Below, in pieces: positions 29,081 through 40,902 of a stretch of 64,000 nt of DNA. The translations under genes were made by a program, and so were the position numbers. Positions within the stretch are counted from its first letter, which is position 1. The number at the start of each line of letters is the position of its first letter. The DNA lies in sequence record MH243438.1. The stretch is one strand, 5' to 3'. Source of the DNA: Escherichia phage vB_EcoM_NBG1. The notes below the pieces were generated by a model that was not told the DNA's origin, did no database searches, and worked only from the letters and a program-made list of their open reading frames with translations.

Positions 29081-29651
29081 AAAAGTTTCGAATTTGTTCC
29101 CAATTCAGAGAACGAAGATTATTACGAGAGTACTGAATTACTTCAATACCAGCTTGTTTAAGAATGTCTGCCCAATTTTCAGGAGATCTGTCATATAATT
29201 CCGCGTATACAACCTTTTTAATACCTGACTGCGTAATAGCTTTAGTGCAATCAGGACACGGAGAAAGCGTAGTATATAACGTAGCACCTTCAATAGAATT
29301 ACCTTTACGAGCTGCAAACAAAATTGCATTCAGTTCCGCATGGATTTCGTTATTGGCAGACCAGGCACTATGAGCGGCCCGATGTTCTTTAGCCAAAACA
29401 AAATTATCTGCCCGTCCAAATGCTGTAGTGCCTTCTTTATGTCCAGCAATGATGACCGGTCTTGGATTATTCTTCAACCAGCCATTTTCGGATGCATGTT
29501 CGCAACAGTTAACACCACCTGAAGGAGAGCCATTATAACCTGTAGAAATAATGCGTCCATCTTTTTCAATGACGGCACCAACTTTCCATGAACAACATTT
29601 TGATTCTTGAGAAATCAGATATGCAATCTGAAGGTATGTGCTAGCTTTCAT
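29070..29651 (-). CDS. cd: dCMP deaminase
   Basis: 193 aa; zinc motifs HAELNA and SPCPDC; matches remembered T4 Cd in length and sequence. Confidence 0.95.
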   Translation of the reverse strand: MKASTYLQIAYLISQESKCCSWKVGAVIEKDGRIISTGYNGSPSGGVNCCEHASENGWLKNNPRPVIIAGHKEGTTAFGRADNFVLAKEHRAAHSAWSANNEIHAELNAILFAARKGNSIEGATLYTTLSPCPDCTKAITQSGIKKVVYAELYDRSPENWADILKQAGIEVIQYSRNNLRSLNWEQIRNFCGE

Positions 29652-30643
29652 TATTGAACCTTATTAATATAAGTTAACAGCTCTTTAGTTTGTTCCCAAC
29701 TGATGCACGCATCGGTAACGGAAACGCCATAGGACATATTATCAGAAATTTTTTGATTTCCTTCATGTAGGAACGATTCTATCATAATTCCTTTGACCAA
29801 ATCATTAGCTGCTAAATTTTTACCAATACCAATTTGATTGCTATAATGCCCATCAGCGTTTGCATGGCTACAGTCAACCATTACATAATGATTCAGACCT
29901 ACTGCCCTTGCTTTGTTAGAAGCTTCTTGAATATCAGAAGAATGATAGTTCGGGCCGTTGGTCCCGCCACGCAATACGATATGCGTATTCTGATTACCTT
30001 CAGCTTCAACAATGCCTACAGTACCATCGACGTCCATACCCATATACCGATGAGGCCAGGCGGCACTATACATCGCGTCTGTAGCTACTTTAATAGAACC
30101 ATTGGTTGCGTTCTTGAAGCCTACGCACATCGGTAGACCTGAAGCAATTTCACGATGTGTCTGACTTTCAGTCGTACGGGCGCCAATAGCAACCCATGAG
30201 AAAATACCAGAAAGATACTTAATCGTGAACGGGTCTAATACTTCAGTTGCTAATGGAAGTCCCATACGTAGAAGTTTACGACACAATGTTCGTGCAACTA
30301 TAAGACCGTGGTTCATATCAAAACTTCCGTCAAGATATGGATCATTTACAAGACCTTTCCAACCTACGGTAGTTCGAGGCTTTTCAAAATAAACGCGCAT
30401 CACTAACAGAACATTAGGAAGACGAGTTTGAAGTTCAGCCAAACGTTTGCCGTATTCAACAGCAGCAATAGGGTCATGAATTGAACAAGGACCTACAACA
30501 ATAAGTTTGCGTGGGTCTTCACCGTTCATAATCGAATTAACTTGTTCGCGATGAGAAGCCACTTGTGATGCGTAAGCTTCCGACAAAGGAATAATCTCAG
30601 CCAGTTCTTTTGGAGAAATAAGTTTTCTGATGACAGGTAACAT
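29651..30643 (-). CDS. 3-deoxy-D-arabino-heptulosonate-7-phosphate (DAHP) synthase, class I (AroG/F/H-like)
   Basis: 330 aa; VGPCSIHD, VYFEKPRTTVGWKGL, AIGARTTESQTHRE, DCSHAN and SVTDACI line up with catalytic and metal-binding motifs of E. coli AroG/AroH as remembered; stop overlaps cd start. Confidence 0.85.
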   Translation of the reverse strand: MLPVIRKLISPKELAEIIPLSEAYASQVASHREQVNSIMNGEDPRKLIVVGPCSIHDPIAAVEYGKRLAELQTRLPNVLLVMRVYFEKPRTTVGWKGLVNDPYLDGSFDMNHGLIVARTLCRKLLRMGLPLATEVLDPFTIKYLSGIFSWVAIGARTTESQTHREIASGLPMCVGFKNATNGSIKVATDAMYSAAWPHRYMGMDVDGTVGIVEAEGNQNTHIVLRGGTNGPNYHSSDIQEASNKARAVGLNHYVMVDCSHANADGHYSNQIGIGKNLAANDLVKGIMIESFLHEGNQKISDNMSYGVSVTDACISWEQTKELLTYINKVQ

Positions 30644-30763
30644 AACAATCCTTAGGAGATATAAACAGATTCTGATTCAACAATACCTTTAACCGGATTA
30701 GACAGGCTAAGTTGGTAGTGCTCAGATTTATGACCATTCTCGATAGTAATGAGATAGCTCTCA

Positions 30764-31000
30764 TTATAGTGTTCCATATACTCGAGTTGCTTCAACAAGA
30801 CCATCACTGCCTAATTTAAGATTAGTAATTTGGTCACCATCTTTAGGATTAACGATTATGAGAAAAGAACGTGGAGATTCTTGAATAACTCGTAATGTTG
30901 CATCTTGGAAACGTTCAGACACTTTATTGATGAGTGCTTGAGCAAATTCTTTTACTTTAATCTGAAATTCGTGTACTGTAATTGGGTTTTCACTTAGCAT
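30764..31000 (-). CDS. Hypothetical protein
   Basis: 78 aa; early promoter cassette at 31027-31059. Confidence 0.5.
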   Translation of the reverse strand: MLSENPITVHEFQIKVKEFAQALINKVSERFQDATLRVIQESPRSFLIIVNPKDGDQITNLKLGSDGLVEATRVYGTL

Positions 31001-31026
31001 TTCTATTTCCTCATTTGTTGGTAGAG

Positions 31027-31059
31027 TTATAGTATCACAACTCCACCATGTTGTAAACC
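31027..31059 (-). promoter_or_regulatory. T4-type early promoter
   Basis: GTTTAC -35, GTGATACTATAA -10, then conserved ccaacaaATGAGGAAA leader. Confidence 0.6.
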
Positions 31060-31060
31060 A

Positions 31061-31336
31061 TTAAATTGCTTTGCATTCAATTTTTTGTGTACCGAAATTG
31101 ATATCACACTGGATAACTAAATCACCATCAAGATCAAATACCACTATGACGTGCGCAGACCCAGGGAGAAGAGTAATAGCAATAGAATCTACTTGGTCTG
31201 GGAGCAAAGTATTGAGTACATGAGTTAGTTGAGCATGAACTCTGAGTTCGGCTGCATTATCAAGCACTTCAAACATATTATTAGCAATAATCTGACTGAA
31301 GACTACCTTTACAATTTCAGAATAAGTTGGGAACAT
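31061..31336 (-). CDS. Hypothetical protein
   Basis: 91 aa ORF in - strand early block. Confidence 0.45.
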   Translation of the reverse strand: MFPTYSEIVKVVFSQIIANNMFEVLDNAAELRVHAQLTHVLNTLLPDQVDSIAITLLPGSAHVIVVFDLDGDLVIQCDINFGTQKIECKAI

Positions 31337-31343
31337 AATTACC

Positions 31344-31568
31344 TCAGTGTACAGTATTTACTTTAACTCGAACAACAAATCGCTCGGTCGGTTCACCTAC
31401 AGGAACAAACTCTACATGATATTCGCCTTTGTAACGAGTATTCAGATCATTACGAATTCCTGCGAGTTTGTTTATTAATGTAGGACTCATATTAAGTCCC
31501 ACTAGTTCACGAAGCATTTTGTATGCTTCATCTTCGATTTCATGATGTTTATCGTACATAGTTTTCAT
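31344..31568 (-). CDS. Hypothetical protein
   Basis: 74 aa ORF. Confidence 0.45.
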   Translation of the reverse strand: MKTMYDKHHEIEDEAYKMLRELVGLNMSPTLINKLAGIRNDLNTRYKGEYHVEFVPVGEPTERFVVRVKVNTVH

Positions 31569-31739
31569 TTAACCATTCAATTGCCTGGTCGACGTTATCA
31601 AATATACCGCCGTCCAAACGTTCTTCATGCTCATAGTCCAGCACATCAATACCGAACTGCCCATTTACTAAAGGCCAGGCTACAAACAAATATTCTTTAT
31701 GCTGTTCGATGGCCTCAATCACTTCATATAATCGTTTCA

Positions 31740-31740
<1 letters not shown>
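31549..31740 (-). CDS. Hypothetical protein
   Basis: 63 aa ORF coupled to pseT stop. Confidence 0.45.
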
Positions 31741-32826
<1,086 letters not shown>

Positions 32827-32827
<1 letters not shown>

Positions 32828-33126
32828 TATTTTATTCCTAAGAAAATTTCAAGAATACGAATGTTATGCTCGCGCCGGTCTTTATTAATTTCAGCAACGT
32901 TTTTATTAATTGACTTACTTCTAACGTTTGAAGAAATAAATTTAATCATATGACTTTTGAGTTGTTGCAAATCCATTCCTTTTTCTTTAGCAGCTTTACG
33001 AAGAGCTTTACCTGCTTCATCTAGGGCCTTTGCTGCATCTTTGTCATAATTGTCAAGTGACATTCCACGGCAGATATCAATATACTCATCAGACCGTTTG
33101 ATGTAATTCTCTAGTAATGTTTTCAT
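32827..33126 (-). CDS. Hypothetical protein
   Basis: 99 aa; early promoter at 33154-33185. Confidence 0.5.
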
Positions 33127-33153
33127 TTAGATTTCCTCAATTATCCATAGGAG

Positions 33154-33185
33154 CATTATACTCTGCTCCTGAGAGTTTGTAAACT
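33154..33185 (-). promoter_or_regulatory. T4-type early promoter
   Basis: GTTTAC -35 and GAGTATAATG -10 on the - strand. Confidence 0.55.
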
Positions 33186-33408
33186 ATTTTACTAAAGATT
33201 CAATATACTCGTGAAGAGCTTTAGTCGCTACTGCCCACTTATTCTGATATTCATTTTTAAGATTAGCACGAGACTGAACTAACAATCGGTCATTAGTCGG
33301 AGGCAAAGATTCTAATCGTTGAATCTGGCGCCCATAAATCATAGCCGCCATTTCAGATTCATAGATAAGCCCTTTAATGTATTCATACTGTTCTTTAGTC
33401 ATTGGCAT
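33184..33408 (-). CDS. Hypothetical protein
   Basis: 74 aa ORF. Confidence 0.45.
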   Translation of the reverse strand: MPMTKEQYEYIKGLIYESEMAAMIYGRQIQRLESLPPTNDRLLVQSRANLKNEYQNKWAVATKALHEYIESLVK

Positions 33409-33689
33409 TTTTCCTCTTTTAAACTACTACGATAATAACATAACATAGTCTTCTGGTCATGTACATATCTTTTTACGTCGTTTAACCAGATACGAAATTC
33501 TTGAGAGTCTTCAAATGGCATTCCAACCCACGGATTACCATCAATAACCTTTACTTGCCATTTCTGGTTATATTCAACAATAGATTCAGGCCATGGCGGA
33601 TGTAAAGTTTCTTTAGGGCTTAAGAGCACATCCTGGGCACATCCAGCCAAAATGCCAATAGATAATACAACTGCGGTTAATTTAATCAT
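33399..33689 (-). CDS. pseT.2: Outer-membrane spanin lipoprotein (Rz1 analogue, T4 pseT.2-like)
   Basis: 96 aa; signal peptide with lipobox LAGC; overlaps upstream i-spanin by 4 nt. Confidence 0.75.
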   Translation of the reverse strand: MIKLTAVVLSIGILAGCAQDVLLSPKETLHPPWPESIVEYNQKWQVKVIDGNPWVGMPFEDSQEFRIWLNDVKRYVHDQKTMLCYYRSSLKEEKCQ

Positions 33690-34042
33690 TCTGAGAGCTT
33701 CCTGAGGTCTTCTGCAAAGGAATCGAAGGACCTGTTGATTTGTTTTTCGACCAATCCTGGCTTACTTGCCACCACGTTCTTCTTCTTCGAATCCTTACGG
33801 AGCTTTTCATTTTCGGCCTTAAGTTGGTCAACTAAAACACGGTTCTTATAAGTCATTTCTTCGATTGACTGATATTGAACCTTGAAGTCGTCTAATACTT
33901 TAGCATTGTTTTTAGCAGCCTCTTTGACAGAAGCTAATTCAGTATTCAACGAATCAACTTTGTTGTTTAAGACAACTATTGTTACCGTAGAAACTAGAGC
34001 AAAAGCTGCTACTATAGCATAAATCGGATTTACTTTAAGCAT
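33686..34042 (-). CDS. pseT.3: Inner-membrane spanin (Rz analogue, T4 pseT.3-like)
   Basis: 118 aa; N-terminal transmembrane segment then coiled-coil-like region; paired with the lipoprotein. Confidence 0.75.
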   Translation of the reverse strand: MLKVNPIYAIVAAFALVSTVTIVVLNNKVDSLNTELASVKEAAKNNAKVLDDFKVQYQSIEEMTYKNRVLVDQLKAENEKLRKDSKKKNVVASKPGLVEKQINRSFDSFAEDLRKLSE

Positions 34043-34530
34043 GTTTTAATAATCTCAATGATTTCATCTCGGGATAATCCATTGATAAGAACTGTTTTAG
34101 GCCCGTCAGTTTGGATTTTGTATGATTCAAACAATACACACAACTCTTCTGCTGTATGATATGGGCTTGAGATTCCGAGACGGTTGAATTTGTCGGTAAG
34201 AGGGTCGCAAATAATATAGAATTTGATACCTGCGATATGTACGTTTGGTTGACTAATATTAATGAACACATTAGCGTCATATTTAGTCAAATTGTTTTGA
34301 AGAAATTCTACCATAGCATTAACTGCTTCTGGCATCGCTTCGCGTTTCTCTTCAGCGTATCGGGTTGAATACTCTTTTTGTTTTACTTTCTTTTTAAGAT
34401 TTTTGGCCAGTGTAACACGTAGGTCAGTAAGATAACCAACTGGACGTCCTTTCTTAAAGACTCGGATTCCGTCAGTTGTGTCTCCAAAAGCGGTTACGAC
34501 CATATCGTTAGTAATCAATTGCATATTCAT
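34030..34530 (-). CDS. alc: Alc, inhibitor of host transcription
   Basis: 167 aa from ATG 34530 (SD GGAGAA), same length as T4 Alc; N-terminus MNMQLITNDMVVTAFGDTTDGIRVFKK resembles it. Confidence 0.8.
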   Translation of the reverse strand: MNMQLITNDMVVTAFGDTTDGIRVFKKGRPVGYLTDLRVTLAKNLKKKVKQKEYSTRYAEEKREAMPEAVNAMVEFLQNNLTKYDANVFINISQPNVHIAGIKFYIICDPLTDKFNRLGISSPYHTAEELCVLFESYKIQTDGPKTVLINGLSRDEIIEIIKTCLK

Positions 34531-34558
34531 AATTTTCTCCTCGTGTTGTTGATAAAAG

Positions 34559-34591
34559 CCATAGTAACACCTTCCTTGGTGTTTGTAAACC
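34559..34591 (-). promoter_or_regulatory. T4-type early promoter upstream of alc
   Basis: GTTTAC -35, GTGTTACTATGG -10, conserved caacaacacGAGGAGAAA leader; overlaps the rnlA 3' end. Confidence 0.6.
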
Positions 34592-34592
34592 A

Positions 34593-35726
<1,134 letters not shown>

Positions 35727-35741
35727 TCAGTTAGTTTTTTT

Positions 35742-35775
35742 AAATTGTACCACAATCCTTGTGGTATGTAAACTA
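35742..35775 (-). promoter_or_regulatory. T4-type early promoter upstream of rnlA
   Basis: GTTTAC -35 on the - strand; -10 less canonical. Confidence 0.45.
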
Positions 35776-36183
35776 CTTTTTCTTATGTTGGATATTCCAA
35801 GGCGGGTTGAACTTTTTGATAAAAAGTGGTTCTTCAAGGTCCATTGTTGCGATGGTCATTGAACCAAGTTCGTTGGTGACTGAAAGGTCAAAACATTGGC
35901 GGGCCCAGAATTCAACCTTTTTACCTTGCATTAAGGCATCCAAAATCATAAGTGATTTTCTTGAATCTGAAGTCTGGTCTTTTCGATTTATGGCTGTTCG
36001 ATAATAGTTAATGCGTTTCTTTAAATTCTTGGTTTTACCAATATACACAAGTTCGTCATCTATAGCAATAGCATATATGACATTTTTCTTATTAGGGACA
36101 TCAACTGTTTTAATTGTTGCATCTTCTAATAGCTCCAATTCTGTATATTTAATAAAGGAATATTCGGCGGCGATATCTTTCAT
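35773..36183 (-). CDS. denA: Endonuclease II
   Basis: 136 aa; VIYAIAIDDELVYIGKTKNLKKRINYYRTAINRKD (GIY-YIG-like) and C-terminus FNPPWNIQHKKK match remembered T4 DenA. Confidence 0.95.
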   Translation of the reverse strand: MKDIAAEYSFIKYTELELLEDATIKTVDVPNKKNVIYAIAIDDELVYIGKTKNLKKRINYYRTAINRKDQTSDSRKSLMILDALMQGKKVEFWARQCFDLSVTNELGSMTIATMDLEEPLFIKKFNPPWNIQHKKK

Positions 36184-36209
36184 AATAAAGTGGGACCGAA
36201 GTCCCGTCC

Positions 36210-37388
36210 TTAGAAATATTTTTTGTATGAATTGATTACATTTTGGTCTACATCATTATCAATTTGTGCGACAAGATAAGAACTGATTTCAACTTCTTGT
36301 GGGGCTGCTTGAACCAAATCAGAGTTCAAATACTCACGAATCCATGGAATAGGATGACGAGTTGATACGTCTTTAAGAGGACATGGCAGACCACAACTAC
36401 GCATACGAGACACGGTAAGATAATCCACAAATTCACTTAGGATTTTAACATTTAGACCTGGAAGAGCACCATCTTTAAACAAGTGTTCAGCCCATTCTTT
36501 TTCTTGAGCGTTAACTTCCATGAAAATATCAACTGCTTCTTGTTCACACTCTTGAGCAATTTTGACCCATTCATCACCGTCTTCGCCATCTTGTAAAGCA
36601 TGAATAATATATTGAGTGCCCTTGAGGTGGAGCTGTTCATCACGAGCAATGAACTTCATAATCTTGGCATTACCTTCCATGATTTCCATATTCTTGTGGA
36701 AGTTAAAGGTGCATGCGAAAGATACATAAAAACGAATAGCTTCTAAGGCATTAATAACGTGCAAACAGAGGTAAAGAGATTTCATTAGCTCACGCTTCCA
36801 ATATGTCTCATGCTCAATAGCATCTTCAATAACGTCTTCGTCTGCATTAATTTCTTTTTGGTATTCGATATCAGCTTTAGCGTTTTCCCAATAACGAGTT
36901 TTAATCAGAACATCATCATAATAACGTCCAATGGATTCAGCACGTTTCATAATAGCTTCATCTAATACAATCTCATCAAACACCTTCGATGGATCTGTAT
37001 AAAGATTTCGCATAATATGAGTATATGAACGAGAGTGAATAGTTTCACTGAAAGTCCATGTAGCAACCCATGTATCTAATGAAGGGTCTGAAAGCAATGA
37101 CATAAGTACCGCAGATGGTGCTCTACCTTGGATAGAATCTAATAATGATTGATACTTAAGGTTGTTGGTAAAGATGTCCTGTTGGAACTGTGGAAGCTTA
37201 TTAAACTGGGCCGAATCCAACATCAAGTTTACTTCCTCGGGACGCCAAAAGAACGAGAGCTGCTTTTCGATAAGCTCTTCAAAAACTTTATGACGCTGAA
37301 TATCATACCGTGCGAGGCCAAGACCAGAACCAAAGAACATCGGTTCATTCAAAACATCGACTTGTTGTGTGTTAAAAACTGTACTCAT
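36210..37388 (-). CDS. nrdB: Ribonucleotide reductase small subunit, uninterrupted
   Basis: 392 aa from ATG 37388 (the track ORF starts at a GTG at 37400); MSTVFNTQQVDVLNEPMFFGSGLGLARYDIQRHKVFEEL... matches remembered T4 NrdB; no intron. Confidence 0.95.
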   Translation of the reverse strand: MSTVFNTQQVDVLNEPMFFGSGLGLARYDIQRHKVFEELIEKQLSFFWRPEEVNLMLDSAQFNKLPQFQQDIFTNNLKYQSLLDSIQGRAPSAVLMSLLSDPSLDTWVATWTFSETIHSRSYTHIMRNLYTDPSKVFDEIVLDEAIMKRAESIGRYYDDVLIKTRYWENAKADIEYQKEINADEDVIEDAIEHETYWKRELMKSLYLCLHVINALEAIRFYVSFACTFNFHKNMEIMEGNAKIMKFIARDEQLHLKGTQYIIHALQDGEDGDEWVKIAQECEQEAVDIFMEVNAQEKEWAEHLFKDGALPGLNVKILSEFVDYLTVSRMRSCGLPCPLKDVSTRHPIPWIREYLNSDLVQAAPQEVEISSYLVAQIDNDVDQNVINSYKKYF

Positions 37389-37442
37389 TATATTTCTCAC
37401 TTAGTTATTAACTCATCCATGAGTAAATTATAATAAAAAGTC

Positions 37443-39698
37443 TTAAAGCTTACAAGCAGAACAATCTTCTGCTTTAGGTGTTTCTAATTCATAGTCGTCT
37501 GTACCAGACCCATCACGAGTGTTATGATAGTAGAGGTTTTTTCCGCCAAAGTACCAGAAGTAAAGCAGATCATCAAGCATCACTGACATTGGCACTTTAC
37601 CTTTCTCAAATACTGCAGGGTCATAGTAAGTATTGGCAGAAGCAGATTGGCACACCCATTTCAACATGATAGCAACTTGGGTCAAATAAGGTTTATTACC
37701 TTTCTTAGCAAGTTTCCACGCATAGTCGTAAAGACTCATGTTATGTTCGATATTAGGAACAACCTGTCGGAAGTTGCCTTCTTTAGATTCTTTAATACTT
37801 ACTGGACCGCGCGGAGGCTCAATCCCGTTTGTAGAGTTCGATACTTGACTGCTTGACTCACAAGGCATGAGTGCAGACAACGTTGAGTTACGAATTCCAT
37901 GTTCTTTGAGTTCAGCTCGAAGTTCTTCCCAGTCACAGACGTAGTTCGGGGCTGCGATTTGGTCAATCTTTTTATTGTACCAGTCGATAGGTAATTCGCC
38001 TCTAGACCATTTAGTGTCTGAATAATACTCACAAGGTCCTTTTTCTTTGGCGAGTTTGATTGAAGCTTTGATAAGGCCATATTGCAATCTCTCAAACAAT
38101 TCATGAGTCAAATCGTTAGCGTCTTCATATGAAGCAAAGTTAGAAGCTAACCATGCAGCATAGTTCGTAACACCAACACCAAGATTACGACGCTTTTTAG
38201 CTTTTAAAGCTTCTGGGACCGGATAATCCTGATAGTCTAACAGGTTATCAAGTGCACGTACTTGTACTTCAGCAAGTTCATTAATTTTATCTTGGTCTTG
38301 CCAATCAAATTTATCTAATACAAAAGCAGATAATGTGCATAAACCAATTTCAGCATCAGGACCGTTCACATCATTAGTTGGAATAGCTATTTCACAACAT
38401 AAGTTACTCTGACGAATTGGAGCTTTTTCACGAATAAATGGAGTGTAGTTATTCGTGTTATCAACAAACTGTGGATAAATTCGAGCAGTGCCAGAACGTT
38501 CAGTCATGAACAATTCAAAGAGTTCTAGTGCTTTGATTCTTTTCTTTCTGATTGTTGGGTCTTTTTCAGCTTTCTCATAAAGCTCACGGAATTTATCTTG
38601 ATCTTCAAAGAACGAGTAATACAGTTCGCCTGACATTTCGTGAGGGCTAAATAAAGTAATATAATCATTTTTACCAAGGCGTTCCATCATAAGGTCATTA
38701 ATCTGAATTCCGTAGTCCATATGTCGAATACGGTTTTCATCCACGCCTTTGTTATTTTTCAGAACTAATAGGTTCTCTACTTCTAAGTGCCACATCGGAT
38801 AATACGCTGTAGCAGCACCACCACGAATACCACCTTGAGAACAAGATTTTACTGCAGTTTGGAAATGTTTCCAGAATGGAATAACGCCCGTATGTCGAAC
38901 TTCACCCATACCGATCTTAGAACCTTCTGCACGAAGCATACCAACGTTGATACCAATACCAGCTCGTTTAGAAATATATTCAATAATTGATGCTGAAGTT
39001 TTGTTAATAGATTTTAACGAATCACCGGCTTCAATAACTACACAACTAGAGAACTGGCGAGTTGGAGTACGAGCACCTGCCATAATTGGAGTAGGCAATG
39101 AAACTTGATGAGTAGAAACGGCATCGTAAAAACGAATAATATGTTTCAAACGGTCATGAGTTTCGTCTTGGTGTAAGGCCATGCCAATAGCCATGATAGC
39201 AAACTGTGGAGTTTCATAAATCTTCCCAGTTGTTTTATCTTTAACTAGATATTTTTCTTTAAGCTGCATAGCACCAGCATAAGTCAGGTCAAAGTCTCGT
39301 TCATGTTTAATCTGTGAATCGAGATAAATGATTTCTTCTGCTGAATATTGAGACAACAGCTCAGGGTCATATTTGCCTTCATTAACACAGTAAGAAATAT
39401 GGTCGATAAAAGCAGGCGGTTCAAACTGCCCATATACATCTTTACGAAGTGCAAACATTAGCCCTTTGGCGGCGACATATTGATAATCAGGTTCTTCGAC
39501 AGAAATCGAGTTAGCTGCAACTTTAATACAAATCTTCTGGATATCTTTGGTGCTCATCCCGTCGACAAGATGGGTCTTAATTTCTTCGTACAATTCATAT
39601 GGGTCAATTTGTGTTCCTTCACATTGCCAAGTTAAGACTTGAATAATTTTCTGTGCATCAAAATTTTGGGATACACCACTGCTCTTAGTTACTTGCAT
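37443..39698 (-). CDS. nrdA: Ribonucleotide reductase large subunit
   Basis: 751 aa; class Ia RNR alpha features (ATP-cone N-terminus, active-site Cys region NLCCEI, C-terminal CSACKL). Confidence 0.96.
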   Translation of the reverse strand: MQVTKSSGVSQNFDAQKIIQVLTWQCEGTQIDPYELYEEIKTHLVDGMSTKDIQKICIKVAANSISVEEPDYQYVAAKGLMFALRKDVYGQFEPPAFIDHISYCVNEGKYDPELLSQYSAEEIIYLDSQIKHERDFDLTYAGAMQLKEKYLVKDKTTGKIYETPQFAIMAIGMALHQDETHDRLKHIIRFYDAVSTHQVSLPTPIMAGARTPTRQFSSCVVIEAGDSLKSINKTSASIIEYISKRAGIGINVGMLRAEGSKIGMGEVRHTGVIPFWKHFQTAVKSCSQGGIRGGAATAYYPMWHLEVENLLVLKNNKGVDENRIRHMDYGIQINDLMMERLGKNDYITLFSPHEMSGELYYSFFEDQDKFRELYEKAEKDPTIRKKRIKALELFELFMTERSGTARIYPQFVDNTNNYTPFIREKAPIRQSNLCCEIAIPTNDVNGPDAEIGLCTLSAFVLDKFDWQDQDKINELAEVQVRALDNLLDYQDYPVPEALKAKKRRNLGVGVTNYAAWLASNFASYEDANDLTHELFERLQYGLIKASIKLAKEKGPCEYYSDTKWSRGELPIDWYNKKIDQIAAPNYVCDWEELRAELKEHGIRNSTLSALMPCESSSQVSNSTNGIEPPRGPVSIKESKEGNFRQVVPNIEHNMSLYDYAWKLAKKGNKPYLTQVAIMLKWVCQSASANTYYDPAVFEKGKVPMSVMLDDLLYFWYFGGKNLYYHNTRDGSGTDDYELETPKAEDCSACKL

Positions 39699-39785
39699 AT
39701 ATTCCTCAGTATAGGTTGATAGACATTACTCCAAACGGGATAGTATTTATCCCGTTAATTTATTATACACTTTTAAACTGAAGCG

Positions 39786-40040
39786 TTAATTATCCTCAGC
39801 AATAATTTCTTCATATTCTTTAGGTGTCAAGACTGTGATATTGAAATAAACCAACGGTTCTTTTTCTATACCGAATCCACCACAGAATTCACGATATTCA
39901 TAAATTCGTTCGTGTGAATAGCAAATGAATCGTTCACCTTTAACTGTGATTTCACTATTCGGTGAAGGGATATCCAGTTCGGTAGGATTTTTCATTTCAA
40001 AAATTGTGGTGCCATATGAATTAATAAAACGTAAAATCAT
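39786..40040 (-). CDS. Hypothetical protein
   Basis: 84 aa ORF between td and nrdA. Confidence 0.5.
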   Translation of the reverse strand: MILRFINSYGTTIFEMKNPTELDIPSPNSEITVKGERFICYSHERIYEYREFCGGFGIEKEPLVYFNITVLTPKEYEEIIAEDN

Positions 40041-40041
40041 T

Positions 40042-40902
40042 TTATACCGCCATTTTAGCTTTGATAGCTGGATGTGATTCGTAATTTTTAAGAACGAAAT
40101 CAGAATGTGTCATTGTTCCAGTAACCCAGTCCATTTGGATTTTTGTAGGCCAATTCTCAAAATTACTAGGCCAATTAATTTCAAGAGAACATAACTCTTT
40201 AGGTTCACGTCGAAGAACTTCTTTGCATTGTTCTACATGATTGCTGTAGATATGCGTATTGCCGCCTGAGAACACTAAATCACCTGGGATAAGGTTACAC
40301 ATCTTAGCCACAATATATGTCAAGGCAGCGTACGAGGCAATGTTGAACGGCAGGCCCAAGAAAACATCTACACTGCGTTGATACCATTGTAAATCAAGAT
40401 GACCATTACGCACATTGAACTGATAGAACATATGACAAGGAGGAAGAGCCATTTGGTCAATTTCAGCTGGATTCCAGGCAGAAACAATTTGACGACGATC
40501 GGTTGGTATTTTTTTAATACGGTCGATTGTTTCAACTAATTGGTCTACACCACCAAAATCACGCCATTGCTTACCATAAATAGGACCAAGTTCACCACTA
40601 TGATATCCAAGGTCTTTTGCCTGATTTTCATAGTTGTCGTCCCAAATAGTTTTACCTTGAATAAGACTACCATGAGTACGAATACGCAAATCATTAACAT
40701 TGGTAGAACCAGACATGAACCACAGTAGTTCGGCAATACAAGCTTTCCATGCTAATTTCTTAGTTGTTACTGCAGGGAATCCTTTAGACAGATCCCAACG
40801 TAATTTAGTTCCGAACACGGCAATTGTTCCTGTGCCTGTACGGTCGTCTGTTTCATAACCATTTTCTAGGATATCATTAATCAGGTATTGGTATTGTTTC
40901 AT
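40042..40902 (-). CDS. td: Thymidylate synthase, uninterrupted
   Basis: 286 aa continuous ORF; active-site region ALPPCHMFYQFNV; same length as spliced T4 Td; no intron. Confidence 0.97.
   Translation of the reverse strand: MKQYQYLINDILENGYETDDRTGTGTIAVFGTKLRWDLSKGFPAVTTKKLAWKACIAELLWFMSGSTNVNDLRIRTHGSLIQGKTIWDDNYENQAKDLGYHSGELGPIYGKQWRDFGGVDQLVETIDRIKKIPTDRRQIVSAWNPAEIDQMALPPCHMFYQFNVRNGHLDLQWYQRSVDVFLGLPFNIASYAALTYIVAKMCNLIPGDLVFSGGNTHIYSNHVEQCKEVLRREPKELCSLEINWPSNFENWPTKIQMDWVTGTMTHSDFVLKNYESHPAIKAKMAV

Noticed and set aside
36210-37400. nrdB start at 37400 as given in the track
   Set aside because: Codon at 37400 is GTG; the ATG at 37388 reproduces the T4 NrdB N-terminus MSTVFN.
40042-40902. 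Group I intron in td (and in nrdB)
   Set aside because: Both reading frames are continuous and full length; no intron-sized insertion or embedded endonuclease ORF.
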